Notes under the pieces: generated by a model
Databases searched by the model: none
Told to the model about the DNA's origin: nothing
The model's input: the letters and a program-made list of their open reading frames with translations, nothing else
Origin: Hydrurus foetidus
Lineage: Eukaryota
Assembly: GCA_900617105.1 (NCBI GenBank)
Contig: UYFQ01000242.1
Coordinates: 1 to 64,000 of the forward strand
Reading direction: 5' to 3'
DNA: 64,000 nucleotides
Part shown: positions 42,501 to 61,016 of the stretch, one piece after another
How positions within the stretch are numbered: the first letter of the stretch is position 1
How the letters are laid out: every line of letters begins with the position of its first letter
Position numbers and translations under genes: made by a program

Positions 42501-44386
42501 TAACTTTAACGTCACTTCATTCCTCCTCGAATCATGTCACTTCATTTATTTTTGTTTCATTATGTTCAAATTCACTTCATTTCATTTCTATTAAATAATT
42601 TCAAAGGAGTTCAAAACAGTTCAATTCAGATTACCTCTTCATCGTCCCAGTCGGTGGGTTTTACGGAATCTGGGTCTGGGATCTCTAGCGGAGCATCGTC
42701 AGCCCATCCAACAGGTTTGCTCTTGGACTCATCCTCAATCATCTTAGGGGCCTATGAATGTTGTCAGATAAAGAGTTGTTGGATAAAGCGTTTTGAGTGA
42801 GAGAGTTATCAAATGAAGAGTTATCAAATGAAGTGTTATCAAATGAAGAGTCAGTATTGTGTATACGTGTCACTGAATAACTACGATTCCTCTGCTCTCA
42901 TTTCAACCACTGTAAGACAGCGTATTCAAATAAAGAACTGAGAACTAAGAACTGAAAATGGAGATCAATTATTATTCATCAGAAATGCATACATCTGGAG
43001 GAATGTGAAATATTCGATCTTCGTGATTCTTAACAGTCAGTGGTACTTCAATTCAGTGACATAACCTACACACTCACCTCTTCATCCCAGTCATCCGGTT
43101 TGACTGCAGCAGGGTCACTTATCATTTCTTGTAACACCCAGTCTAAACATCATTTGTTGGGAATGAACAGGACAGGTTAAAGAGAGTCTATTCGACTTTG
43201 GGTCTTTCCAATTCTATCGAACTCAAGTGGTTGTAACATAATGATGTGCGTGTGTATGTTTGTGATAATGAGGAGTATCGCTTGTGACATTGATGCAGCA
43301 AATGGATTTCCGCATGAAACAAAGACGTCAGCTACGTCATCGGTACATGCTAACAAAATGCATGAAGCAAAATAATCACAAGCGACACATTCTCAGTCTG
43401 TTCTCATTTTCAGGTGATGATTGCAATTCGGATTAGTCACACCTTCGGGCTGTTTGTCGGTTTCATCGTCAATCTCTTCGTTAGGATTAATGGATGGTTT
43501 CATGTGTGTCAGTAGATTTCCTTTCGATGCTGATTTCATGTCGATATAAATCTCAAAATCGTTGTTGTTCTTAATATGCAGTGTGTAGAGATGAGTTTTT
43601 CTCTTGTCTCCTTTGATCGGAATAGTTGTATTGAAGTGCTTCTCTTCCCACACGTTTGACACGGGGTTCTTGTGTTGTAAGATGAAGTGCACTTTATTGT
43701 CTGTGCCGCACTTATCTGGCCCGAACATTATCGAATAGCGCGTGTCTGAGTTCAGCTTAGATAGCTCTAGATCATCAGCAGCCATGGGCATTTTCACATA
43801 AGCACCTAGAAGATTCAATACGAGGAATGTTAGGAATAGGAACAATAGGAACATAAGATAACTAAATGCCAATGCTTAGGAATGCAAGTTGGTCATCGGA
43901 AGTCATAGTTGCATGCAGTACCTCCGCAGGTCAAGCCTTCTTCGAGTCTTAGCTCGTACTGCACGACCACATCTTTTCCTTTCGACTCGAATGGGACAGG
44001 GAATTTGCTACTGAAAGCATAGTGCCTCATTTCCTGGGAGAGCAGGACACCCTTATCCGTCTCAAAACCTGCCAAATAAGTTGGAGAAGATTTACTAAAA
44101 TTGCAGTGATCGCTTGTAGCTCGAAAGTGAGCCTCAGTGTAATGTGTGCTGTCTGTAACGTCTCAGATGAGTCATTCGCACCTTTAACAGGATTTGAAAG
44201 CGTTTTCACCAAAAGAGGTTGTTCTACATATTTCTCATCGGAGCTTCTGATCCATCTACCGGCAGTAAAGGGATCCACATCGTCAAAAGTCTCAGCGAAA
44301 AACAAGTTTTCTGTCGACAGCTTCGACTGCCCAAAACTAGCCACCACCGCCATGACGGCGATAACACATACAATTTTCGACATCAT
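39585..44386 (-). CDS. CANX: Calnexin, multi-exon
   Basis: Signal peptide [19 protein letters not shown]. Lectin-domain motifs [34 protein letters not shown] and WEEKH. P-domain repeats [29 protein letters not shown] and [11 protein letters not shown]. Then GIAVEVWT and IFFDNF. The C-terminal TM helix distinguishes it from calreticulin. Confidence 0.93.
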
Positions 44387-45096
44387 ATTCAATCCTTCAG
44401 TAAGCGATGCAACAAGACACAGATCTCTCAAAAAGGTGCAGATTGCGTCCAATGGGCAACGATTCAAGACTCCTCTCTTTGTTTTCTATACCCAGTTACA
44501 CATATTGCAAAGGTAAAAGGAAAGAAAGTTGATCAAGATCTGGAACAACATTCGAAACTTCTTCCTAAAATTTAGACGCTTGTCAAATTAGGGGTGGCAG
44601 CTAGTAGCTTTTCTATCTAGATTCACGATTATACGGAGTGAACTGTGAACTATCTTTTGTGTTTCCCGACATCTTGTGGATCAACAAAAGCAACTTTTTA
44701 AAAGTTCTTTTGTGCATCGCCGCTTCGGTGTAGTGCATCGTAATACATGAACATAATGAATTCTAGTAGGGAAACTGAGAAACACTAATGTCGTGTACTG
44801 TTTGATGCGCTCATTGCACACGTGTCACGTACGAGTCGAAGCGTACCACACTCGCGGCGTCACTGTCTATTCTATTTGATCGATTCGAAGAAGTAAAGAA
44901 CCCTGTTTTGTTCCGCAATAATCAAGTTGAACTCTATTGTTTACTTGGATCATCAAAACGGTAAATAAGAAACAGTAAATAAGTAGTGTTCATGTGGATC
45001 GTATTTGGTACAGTGCAAAATGTATTTACTCCGTAGTGTAGTACAGATCGAAGAGATGAATAGACTGATCCCTTTTATTTTTCCCCTTGTTCTGTT

Positions 45097-52151
<7,055 letters not shown>

Positions 52152-53339
52152 CACAACTTTCACTGAGCAGTGTGCGACAAAAGCTTGTTGTTGTTACAGA
52201 TTGCAAGTTGTTTGAGGAAAATGCAATTCCTAACAGGCAACACGCAACACGCAGTGCTGGAGAGACTTCCATCTTCCATCTAATCTTCTGTATCTTCTGT
52301 ATCTCTACATAAAACACGTATGTGTAAACTGTACTGCATACAGAATACAGTATATATGAACTATTTGTCTCGCCAGCATGCTCTTCCATCACTTCATGAG
52401 TTACAGTAGCATCTTTTAGTGATTTCGCATATTCATCACTCTATTTTTGATGGTGATCTCCCACATCCATTGCAAGTTACTCTCGTAGCTTGCCAAGAAC
52501 AACTCTTTCCGTTTTAGGTTCATCCTCCACGAGATGGAAGAGGTTCGATCACACGTTGGGAATAGGAAATTAGACGACAATTGCCAAAATTTACTCACTC
52601 CGCTTTTCTAAGGTGAGCCATAAAGCGAGTGCTCCAAAGGGATGGGATGATCTGAAGTTATTTTACGGCTGAGGGAGTTGAACTTGTAGTCAATATACAA
52701 GTTGGTTCTCAGGTGTCACTTTTTCAGAAAAATGTAACTCCCGAATTGCAGTGCAAGAGAAATATGACTCTTTCGCCTTCGCTCTTTGATTTGCTACGAT
52801 TAGATATTCGTTGAATTCTTTCTCTCTCATGCTTCCAAAAGGAATCCAGACATTGATTGTGAGCAACGCAATTTTTGTATCTTCGTCGGGGATGTTTAAA
52901 TTATGTCGGAGCTTATGTTGGAGACAAATGAAGACCACAAATAACTCGACAACTGTAAAAAATTAATATCACTTTGGCCCCTGACTAAATTGTTGAACGA
53001 AAATCAGGATCGCTCATCTAACGTGTTCGAAAACTGATGAAAGCATGATGGTGCGCATCCAGAGAGGGCTTATGCACATCGAATGGAACAAAGAAAGAGA
53101 GCTTTTAAACTTCTTACTTCTCACCGTTGAAACTTTTTTGAACTAGGATCTAATCGATTCCAGATCAGGCTGCATCGACTCCAACAACTTTTTTTCAAAA
53201 TTTTGAATTTCAAAACGAGTTAGTTAGACATGCAATTATTCTCATGAGTACTATGATGAGAGGATAGGAAAAGCTCTTCTCAGCATTTTAAACCTGAAGA
53301 TTTCGACATTGTCCCATCAAGTCCTGATTTGGAACTGCC

Positions 53340-54707
53340 ATGGATCTCCTTTTCTCAACTGCCTCCACGATACTGGGATCTCCGGAATCAGTCAATTCAG
53401 TGACAGCCACATCTCCGGAACCTTCACTAGCGTACCGAAGAAAACGCAGGGTCACATACGAAGATCTTGGCCATACAGTTCGTGACTTACACGACAACAC
53501 AGATCCACGAGTGACAAAATTTATTAGCTTGCTATCTAGGAATGTCAGGAGCTTCTGCCTAAAGGAATTTTTTTACAGTACAATTGATGCAAACTATTAC
53601 AACGACAACGAATTCGTATCCTGTCTTGCGATGCTCGGACTGGATCACGTAAAATCCATGACGCGTTATGAATGGTCGGTTGTGAAAGGCGTTATGGGAA
53701 TTGAAATTGGTCGACCTAGGAGATTTTCAGCGGCATTCCTCCAGTCAGAGAGAATAAAATTAAAAGAATACCGCAATGCGAGGAGACAGAACAAAGGGTC
53801 TTTGTCAATTTCTATCGGTGACACTGTGACAGTCTGTGATATGAAGACAAAAACAATAGCTCGAGGTCTCGTAATCAGCACAGTTGAAGCCGTTGGGAGA
53901 AAGAAGTTAAAAACTGATGAGAAATATATGAACACAGAGCAGAAAGAGAGCTATCTCGTTCAACTTGAGAGACCAGAGCTGGGCATAGAGATCTATGATG
54001 ATGTTGATATTGCCGTTATAGCGGCAGGCATTAGTATAGTTCAGGACCCACCACCATCGATGTCCACATCAAATGTTCTTGACTTCCACAGTCTGACTGC
54101 CTTTCCAGCTAGACAGCCCTCGAAAGTTCGCAGGGAATCTAAGGAAAGCCAGGGCAAAGCGATTCTAACACAGTCAACTGATAACTCATCAGAGACTGCC
54201 GATTCAACGCCAGATTCATCGCAATTCATGGATGATAATGACAATGAGACTGACTACATTGAGTGGAGCGACATCAATTTATCGCAATCTTCCCTGCCAT
54301 CTCTCCGCCCCTCTTCGGTCAAGATCAGAATGCCAGCTGTAGAAATTAGAGAGGAGACAAAAGAGCTCATACTTAAAAGATGTGCCGAGGCAGTGCAGAA
54401 GGTCTGGCCTGACTGTCTCTCTGAAGCTGAGAGATGCTTAGAAAAAGAGTTGGGTCTCATGTTGAATGAACAAGAAACAAGTGGGATGATGAAAGAAGGA
54501 GGCATGCTCTCTAACCTCCAAATAAAAGACTTAATAGTCAGGTGCATAGGAGGGCTACTTTTGCTGAGGGATACGAAAGGCAAGTGGCAACCGCAGTACG
54601 CTGAGCCGGTACTGGTAGCCGTGGCATCCGGTATCTGTGAGGGGGGAAGTGCACAGGACTACCGGCTGATGATGAACAATCTTGGGGCGATACTAAGCCA
54701 CATCTAA
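53340..54707 (+). CDS. LIN9: LIN9/ALWAYS EARLY-like DIRP-domain protein (MuvB/DREAM subunit), single exon
   Basis: 455-aa ORF with the DIRP signature EFFYSTID..Y..NEF..CL...TRYEW..VK..MG..GRPRRFS..FL..ER..L..YR, followed by a Tudor-like segment (IGDTV...YLVQLERPELG). Confidence 0.85.
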   Translation: MDLLFSTASTILGSPESVNSVTATSPEPSLAYRRKRRVTYEDLGHTVRDLHDNTDPRVTKFISLLSRNVRSFCLKEFFYSTIDANYYNDNEFVSCLAMLGLDHVKSMTRYEWSVVKGVMGIEIGRPRRFSAAFLQSERIKLKEYRNARRQNKGSLSISIGDTVTVCDMKTKTIARGLVISTVEAVGRKKLKTDEKYMNTEQKESYLVQLERPELGIEIYDDVDIAVIAAGISIVQDPPPSMSTSNVLDFHSLTAFPARQPSKVRRESKESQGKAILTQSTDNSSETADSTPDSSQFMDDNDNETDYIEWSDINLSQSSLPSLRPSSVKIRMPAVEIREETKELILKRCAEAVQKVWPDCLSEAERCLEKELGLMLNEQETSGMMKEGGMLSNLQIKDLIVRCIGGLLLLRDTKGKWQPQYAEPVLVAVASGICEGGSAQDYRLMMNNLGAILSHI

Positions 54708-54722
54708 GTCTTCGCGACTTAC

Positions 54723-55930
54723 ATGATCTATTTATTCGATTGTAACATTCCTCAATTTGTTCAGCAGTAGTCATCTTCAATTCCATTGCTGTGACGTACG
54801 CATCACAACGTTAGATGATTATCAAGTTTCGTACCGTAGACTCGTCTGGCTGACTCACATCCAGAATGCTCCATACTTTCTCCACCTGTCTTCCTTTTGT
54901 TGATCCAGCTGAGCAAAAAGAATCATACACATTGGGTAAGACAGCATACTTTTAAAAGAAAAAAACTCTCGACAAACGCTGATCATCCGTCTTTTGTGTC
55001 AATACTGCACTTTTCTTTCAAGCGAATCCTAATCTGAGGCAGTCAGCTAAGTTTTCAAAAGCTGCCAGTGCAAGAGACTGAAATCGAGAATTTCGAGTCA
55101 TTTGCGATAGCTTGTTTAGTCGGTGAACAGGTGCGAAATATGATAGGAGAGTCTAGTTTCATAGTTGCTCTTCATTACATATTACGAACAATACAAATCA
55201 TCCATCTCCCCCTGGATATAAAATGGTCTCACTAATCTGTAATGTAATATTTATCGTTATGAGATAACTCCATGTGTATCTTTCTATGTGAGAATCTTGT
55301 TCGTTAGGAAGAATGGCATCTCTTGAAGTTTCATTCTACGGGGCGTGCTTTTTTTTGCTGTACGTGTTTGCACATTATGGGCTGGGCGTCGTCATACTAT
55401 GAGGATGCAAAAGAATCTGAATTTGTGAGGTATTACTCCATGTTCGATATATAACTTGATATTTGAGGACATATACTAGCACGACCACTTTACTGTGCAA
55501 CAGTCACTACAGGCACGCTGGTGGCTGTAATGACGGTTGCATGGGGCTTGCTACAGACAACTGTATTATTTTCAAAGGTACCCCGCCTCTTCCTCGCCTT
55601 TTTTGCTTTATCAGTGAGGGATTGTTTCGGCTCACTGCTTTCCAGGTTGCGTCCATCTAATCCTGCGGCTGCTAAAGCATCAGTTGCAGCAGCTAGATCA
55701 TCCGCTTTATCATCATCGTCGAGAATAGGAGCACTAGCTAATGTTGGATCAATCATCCCGTCGACTGCGGCTTGCTTCGATGATAATACTGCAGCGTATT
55801 TGTTCATAAGCTGTAGCCGTATTTCATCATCTGTGTGGCCCTCCTCTGTTAAGGTATCATAAACCTCCTTTAGATCCTGACTCATCATTACGAAGTCTGC
55901 CGGCGACAGAATGGATGCGCTGCCCCCCAT
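54723..55930 (-). CDS. Hypothetical protein, possibly N-myristoylated; 3' exon structure uncertain
   Basis: 146-aa first exon beginning MGGSAS (MGxxxS), with an RRGT basic motif. Further exon-like segments at ~54.9-54.72 kb. Confidence 0.5.
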
Positions 55931-56272
55931 CTCGTGAGATTCTTGATGTAGCTACAGTCTGAGGTGGCTTAAACTTAAAGCAGATGCTAACGTATGATTT
56001 TCGATTTTAGTGAGATATGAAGAGCAATCAAGATATCTTGAATTGCAGCAGGTACTGCACTTCCAGCAGTTGATCTCTGAAGTGCAGTGCTTATTGAACA
56101 ATGAATTGTGAAGACAGATCAAGAGAGTCCTGTTGTTAAGCAGCGATCGGGCAAGTGACGAAGGAGCACGTGGTGTGATGTGTGACGTGTGATGTGTCAC
56201 ATGTGTGATGTGTGATGATGTGTGTGATGTGTGAAACCAGAACCGTTTCATTCTGCGTCTGGTGTTGCTACT

Positions 56273-59200
56273 CAAGGTGATGTTTTTAATCCGCACCAGT
56301 GTCAAAAAGGCTGCACAACGGTCTGTACAGTACATTCCACAGCAAATCACATCTCACAAACCTAGCCTTGCAAAGACATTTGCACAGAAGGCACCAAATT
56401 CAACTTCTGGATAGCCCACTGGCATCTCCAGATCAGCAGGTACTCGGGGATGTCAAAAAATTTTGCAATCGAATTCAAACTGTGAAATTCTCAACTGATC
56501 TCTCAAATTTCCGACAATCTACTTTCCATCCAGGCTGGTAATTTGATGCACAGGTGATGAGAGTCGCTCAAATTTCGCGGACATGTTCTGAGAATCGTTT
56601 TTTGAGATGTCATAATTCCTGATGCCCGTTTGATGTCTCTGTGCAAATTTACAGGGTCCACTGTCGGAGGTCAAAAAGTTGTTAAATTTGGGAAGCGGAT
56701 TAATTAAATTTTGTAAGACTGAGGATTATGCAGCCATGGCATACGAGGAATGAACGAAGCATTGGGCGGATATGGTACGTTGATGTCGATTTAGTCAGAC
56801 CATTTCATTGCGGGAGTTGTCACCACAAATGTTCTGATGTTGGAGTGAGATTTCCGTGCAGTCCGTGCAGAACGCTTGACTACAACCTTTAGTCTTACAT
56901 TTCATCCATCCTCTCTTCACAATCGCAGTTGCAGATGTTGAGCAGAGTGAATTGCTGCATCGATACTGCCTGAGTTTCTTCCCAGGTATGCCAACTATGT
57001 CATTATCGACGACTAGTGAAGCGGCGCGAGCAGCCACCTTCTTATCCTCCGATGCAGCCCTTTCCGGCATCGTCAACCTCCACTCCTTTTCCATCTTCTT
57101 ATTGTCTAATTCGACCCCCTTCTGCACATCTGCCTCCACTTTGTTCCTGTATGTCGTGATAATTGATTCGTTGTTGGTCCACAGACAGCGTCCGTGATTC
57201 ATAGCACAATTGTCTGACTTCCTCGTTTCAATCTCGAATTTTATTAAGTGTCCCATGCACTCTTCAATCTCCATATCTGTTACTTTCCCTTTGATTTTTG
57301 CAATTTCCGTCAACGTGGGGATCAAGCTAATCAATTCTTCCGCCTTTTCTTTTTCGAGTAGACTCCAGCCGCTCCAGCCGGAGAGTATCGCAGATACATC
57401 TACAGGGTAGATTCCAGAAATCCTGAAGCCTTCTCTCACCATAGGAATGGTGCAGACTCTCGAGAGGCATGCTTCGAGGTGACAAAGAGCCTTGAAGATT
57501 GTCCGCTGGCTCCCGCTGTCTAGTCCAGCCTTAGTCAGTGTTTTGTCGAATCCCTTGAGGTAAGCTGGAGTTTCCCAATCTTCACTGTTTCTATACTTAT
57601 CGCCCTTGTAGTAGCATTTAATTGCCTTGTGGCAATGTCCAACGTCGTTTGGCTGCTCTACCATTGTAGAGGCAGCAGCGAACTTGAACCCTTCGAAACC
57701 TCTTTCTGAAAATTTCCTGTTCAATTTTGTCATCACAGCATGGAGTTGCGGCCAGCACCCATCGAAGGTGAGGAGCGATCGCAGACGTGCTTCCAATCGA
57801 AGATGTGCTGCCGATGCACTGGACGACGACGATGATGACGATGAGCATGCTGATGTCGATGCCGACGATGGCTGGGCTCCAATGTTCATCTCCGTTGGAC
57901 CTCCGCGTCTGACTTCCTCAACTGCTCGCTCATAGTGTCGGTCGCACTCGGGTAGAACGCAATCAATCCATAGATCACTCATCAGGCTAGTTGCATCATA
58001 CCCGGTCGGTACTAGATAGCAGTAGAGACCGTCCTTCAACTGCATGTTGTAACACGTAGTAAGTTTACCTCTCATGTATTTTCATTTATATCGTAGTCAA
58101 TTTGAATAGTACCTTGAAAGATCTACATTCCGTGAAGTTGTCATCACTTATCATTGCAATAGCACACTCTAGCAATCCATGAGCATTTGTATCTGCAACC
58201 ATATAATATTGAAGTACAACTTTATCATGTGAATCTATGTCGATGATTGACGAGTAAATTATGATATTGACACTTACTTAAACCCAACTTTAGCATCCTC
58301 CTCTGATGCTGTATTTCTGTCGTCGCGGGAGCTAAGTTCCTCGCCGCAAGTTTTTTTCTTCCTGAGGATGTGCACATCACTGTTTGCTTCTCGTTGAAGG
58401 CGTTGAGCATGATGCTGACTTCATCCCAAGAGTGCACGAAATTGCCGTTCTCTATTCCATCTGATACTGCGAGCCATGTGGCAGCGCACGATATGGCATT
58501 CCTCGCGTCTCTCAAAGCCCTCTGTCTGCTCGGATTTTGAATAGATCCGTTTTTTATTCTTAATGGAGTAACCTTCTTAACTAAACGAGCACGTGTACTC
58601 CGACTCAAAACAGGCAGAGCAACATAAGGGTTGAGGCCTGAGTTGGCCAGCTCTTCACGACGAAAGTCATCGACGACTGCCATCACATCAGCACCAGATG
58701 TGCAAGAGTCTTTACGCAAATCTTTCTCTTCAGCGGCAGCAGTCGCTTCTGCAATGACTTGGTCGGACACCGAGCGCGGCCGACCGCGTCGACCGGGTTG
58801 CATGACCTCAAGACTGGGGTTGGCATCACGTTGCAAAGCACTGCGTTTGAATTATGATGAGACGAAAGTAAGAATCCTTTCGGTAAAGGAATAATTTGAC
58901 GTCTACTTAGAAAGAAAAATGCGATGCAACTCACGTCGTAAGTCTTCGTCGATTTACATTGTGTATCCGTGATGACTTATGGGTGCTGAACCCTCTCTCT
59001 TTAACATCGCTCACAGCATTCTCTATCCTCTGCATTATCATACTTGGATTAGTTCATCATGTACTCAAGATCGGATTAGTTTATCATGATACCAACCTGC
59101 ATCAAGCTGATTTCATTGCCGACCGCCGACTCATTGTCGATCGCCGACTCATTGTCGATGACCTCCTCTGTCGCGGACTCATCCAACACAGCGTTCTCGA

Positions 59201-59754
59201 CATCATCTTTATCCTCTTCAGCCACCGAATCATCGAGCGGGGAGAGGCAAATTGGTGCAGCCACTGCTACAGCACTTGCGCCCAATTTGTTCTTTCTGCT
59301 AGTCAGCATGAAATTGCTGTGAGTGTGACTATTTCGATATGATCTATAATTTACGTCAGATGTCGATCTCGCATGACCGATTTGAGTCAAGCTTTTACAT
59401 CAACTCAAAGCATCCAGATAGAAGATTACACTTTCTTACTCAATTGACACTGGTTCTCACGCTGTTAACGGCATTCCGCGCCTTGAAACCAGCCTGGATG
59501 GAAAGTAGATTGTCGGAAATTTGAGAGATCAGTTGAGAATTTCACAGTTTGAATTCGATTGCAAAATTTTTTGACATCCCCGAGTACCTGCTGATCTGGA
59601 GATGCCAGTGGGCTATCCAGAAGTTGAATTTGGTGCCTTCTGTGCAAATGTCTTTGCAAGGCTAGGTTTGTGAGATGTGATTTGCTGTGGAATGTACTGT
59701 ACAGACCGTTGTGCAGCCTTTTTGACACTGGTGCGGATTAAAAACATCACCTTG
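56273..59754 (-). mobile_element. pogo-like (Tc1/mariner superfamily) DNA transposon, 3482 bp, 267-bp TIRs, TACT flanking duplication
   Basis: TIRs at 56273-56539 and 59488-59754 start CAAGGTGATG and appear identical. TACT lies at 56269-72 and 59755-58. Contains an internal spliced transposase. Confidence 0.93.
56795..59309 (-). CDS. pogo/CENP-B-like DDD transposase with introns
   Basis: HTH-psq-like exon IENAVSDVKERGFSTHKSSRIHNVNRRRL and a GRRGRP motif. Catalytic motifs SWDEV, LLTFDG and EQPNDVG (38 residues between the second and third D). C-terminal Cys/His finger CSNSLC...CKTKGC..FCTDC...HQNIC. Confidence 0.85.
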
Positions 59755-59758
59755 TACT

Positions 59759-61016
59759 GTACCCCCTTGCAGGGTGATCGGTAAACCGTGTAGTTTGCTT
59801 CCGGTTCTATCAGGCGACTGGTGCAGTCAACCTTTTCAGATAGAATATGCGTTGTTTATAACCCTTGCACTTGTAATATAAACTGTGAACTCCTTGCGAA
59901 CAAGTCTTTGATTGCACAGGCGCGCTTTCCTGCACTCTCAAAAGCCTCGGGGAGAAGGAGATCAGTAGATAAGGCTACTGCTTAATTACGTGGCGAAGAA
60001 ATATAACAGTTGCAGTAGACTGCACTGTGTATTTCTAAAATTGCAGAATGTGCATATACGTGGCATGCATCAATGATCTAAATCAACTACCTCAGATTCT
60101 CTACACATTCATTACCTATTGGATGCTATGAGCCCATCACTTCATTTGAGATTCAGTACCCGTATACAGTATATGCGTACGGGATATACGGATAATCCCA
60201 AACATACCCCTTGATGGGTTCATGCACATCTGAAAAGGAAGTGACCGGAATTTCCGTTACGAATTTCAGGCCTGAAAAACTTTGAAGTTCGGGTTGAAAA
60301 TGAAAGAGGTGTCGCACAGATTTGCGGAACAGAATGTTTCTACAGACATCTCTTCTTTTGAAGCTTGACTTCTCCACCGCACATTCACAACATAATCCCT
60401 GTGATCAATCTCCGGAACGTCAGGAACAGCGCACCATGTAGAGGCTTCGTGAGGATGTCCGCCAGCATTTGTCCAGTCGGTAAGTATTCAATCTTGATCT
60501 CGTTCGCGTCAATGTAGTGTTTGATAAAGAAGTAACGAATCTTCACGTGTCTTGTTCTCTCAGACGTGGACCTGCCTTTATTTGCGAGGCAAATCGTGGA
60601 TTGATTATCCTGGTAGACGGTAGCTGGTCCAAGCCGAAGTCCTTGGTTGCAGAGGAATTCCCGAGTCCATAGGATTTGGGACAGGGCATCCGAGAGCCCA
60701 ACGAGCTCCGCCTCCGTAGATGACCTGGTAACTATCTTCTGCTTGCCGCTCTTTACGTAGACTGTAGCATTGCCAATCATTAATACAATCCCAGTTACTG
60801 ATTTCATGTCCTCATATGTGCCGAAGGACGCATCAACGTATGCTTTCAATTGAACCTCTGGACCAATTCTCAAAACCATTCCTTGACTCTTTGTGTACAA
60901 CAGGTAGGATAAAATCCTCTCGAGCTTCTTGAGGTCATCCTCATCCGGCGAGAGCACTCGAGTTGCGCAGTAGGAAACCGCCGTCAAGATGTCTTGACGT
61001 ACTCGTTTGGCGAGGT
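59759..61016 (-). mobile_element. Ty1/Copia retrotransposon 3' remnant (end of RT, RNase H, 3' non-coding region)
   Basis: ORF 60385-61016 contains LAKRVRQDI, YVDASFG, KSVTG, RSSTEAE, YQDNQS, RHVKIRY and MLADILTKPL, typical of Copia RNase H. Cut at 61016 by the Gypsy element. Confidence 0.92.

Noticed and set aside
52416..53080. Possible small spliced gene on the minus strand, or a gene whose intron nests LIN9
   Set aside because: Exon-like pieces exist, but I could not build an open spliced frame linking them to the donor at 54722, and I recognised no domain.
56299..56541. Identical ORFs at 56299-56541 and 59465-59728
   Set aside because: These are translations of the two TIRs.
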